A stretch of DNA of 64,000 bases from assembly GCA_008632985.1 (NCBI GenBank), contig QPGO01000160.1, positions 62,001 to 126,000 of the forward strand, in the 5' to 3' direction. Both the position numbers and the translations under genes were made by a program. Every line of letters starts with the position of its first letter. The stretch's first letter is position 1. This stretch comes from Psammoneis japonica (taxonomy: Eukaryota). Positions 62,930 through 64,000 of the stretch are shown here, piece after piece. The notes below the pieces were generated by a model. That model ran no database searches. It saw only the letters and a list, made by a program, of their open reading frames with translations, and was not told where the DNA came from.

Positions 62930-64000
62930 CTAATCCAGCTTGATGTCACAACTCATGGGATAGTGATCGCTGAGGTCAATCCCATTAGCATCCTTCGGCG
63001 TTAGGTATTCACACATGGAACTGGATCCCGGCTGGACTGCGTCGTCACTCTTATCGTACAAGACATGATCCAAGGCATACTGATCGTATATTTTGGCAGA
63101 GACTGGGTCAATTAGGTTGTTGTGTTGACCGGATCGTAGGAATAGATCATGCTGCTCGGCTGTAACTTGAAGTCTCCAGCATTTAAATCACTCAGCATAG
63201 TCTCGTAGAGCTGGAGTGTGTTGACCTTGTCTTCATTGAAATCTCCAACCATGAGCACAAGTTCATTTTCCATATCTTGCTCATCGACAAAGGCGCGCAT
63301 TATCTCGTATTGACGCCGACGTGTATCGTGATTTTCAACATCAACATTGGCCACGGTATGAGTGTTAAACACGTTAATCATGATCCCATCCTTGTCAATT
63401 TGAGCGTACAACACACCCTTGTCAGCAGCACATTCAATGGCATCACCACAGGCAGGCTTAAATGACCGAAAGTCATGCCTTACAATGGGATATTTGGAGA
63501 ACAGTGCCAAACCAGACCCAAAGCTTCCACGATTGTCATACATGTAGTGGCAATAACCCGCTGCAATCATCCCATCACGGATTGTATCGACTGCAATCCA
63601 CGCTTCCTGCACAGCGACAATGTCGTAGGATGGAGAAGATTGAGCAATAAACCATTCACCAATTCGGGTGGCTCGACCCTCGAGTGACAAAACACCGTCG
63701 GAGGCCAGTAGGAAGAGGTAGAGATTGTAGCTCAATGCTGCAAGTGTAGAAGCGTTGTCCTTCGTACCATCTGGCGCGATGCAATTGTCGGCAGTGCCCT
63801 GTTGAAACGTGCAATGCTCCTTGCCTTTCTTTTTGCAAATGCGGTACCACGCATCGTCGTTGCATACCTCCTTGGAGAAGAAACTCCAAACGCAGCAGCT
63901 GCTTTCACATTGATCGCTGTTAGAGCATTCGCTGCCATTGACAAGCAGTGTTTGGCCGCAGCGGTGGCAGTCGGAATAACAATGCTGAGAAAAAGAAGAG
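62930..64000 (-). CDS. Endonuclease/exonuclease/phosphatase family (sphingomyelinase-like) with Cys-rich N-terminus, partial
   Basis: SYNL, DIVAVQE, GSGL..FSKYPI, DKGVLYA, NTH and GDFN; after a frameshift near 63112, LDHVLY and SDHYP. Extends past the window end. Confidence 0.85.

Overview
This is eukaryotic nuclear DNA with short GT-AG introns and compact genes. It is most likely a pennate diatom, inferred from RxL pro-peptides, bipartite plastid-type presequences, HA-repeat proteins and gene content. Ordinary genes include Vps41-like, GT47 exostosin, a TPK-type K+ channel, DUF1365, PPIL3 cyclophilin, a dual-specificity phosphatase, a dienelactone hydrolase, CRAL-TRIO, an HA-repeat protein, RibD_C/DHFR-like and an EEP phosphodiesterase. 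Three things stand out. (1) Five multi-kb domains, mostly decayed transposons plus neighbouring genes, have lost almost all TpA dinucleotides. Pairwise comparison of duplicates inside the window shows TpA->TpG/CpA transitions in addition to ordinary CpG decay. This looks like a regional, RIP-like but adenine-directed hypermutation process that recodes Tyr to Cys/His. (2) A cluster of five secreted genes is built from about 65 copies of a six-cysteine 'GACC' module with Pro/Thr linkers and RxL pro-peptides; one carries an ice-binding/choice-of-anchor-A-like domain and one a silaffin-like Lys/Ser/Gly tail. (3) A tandem Crypton-like tyrosine-recombinase element is linked to an AT-hook/RusA Holliday-junction resolvase gene. 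Scattered 1-bp frameshifts in otherwise intact genes suggest assembly indel errors. All domain calls are by motif recognition only; no database searches were run, and dinucleotide counts are by eye.
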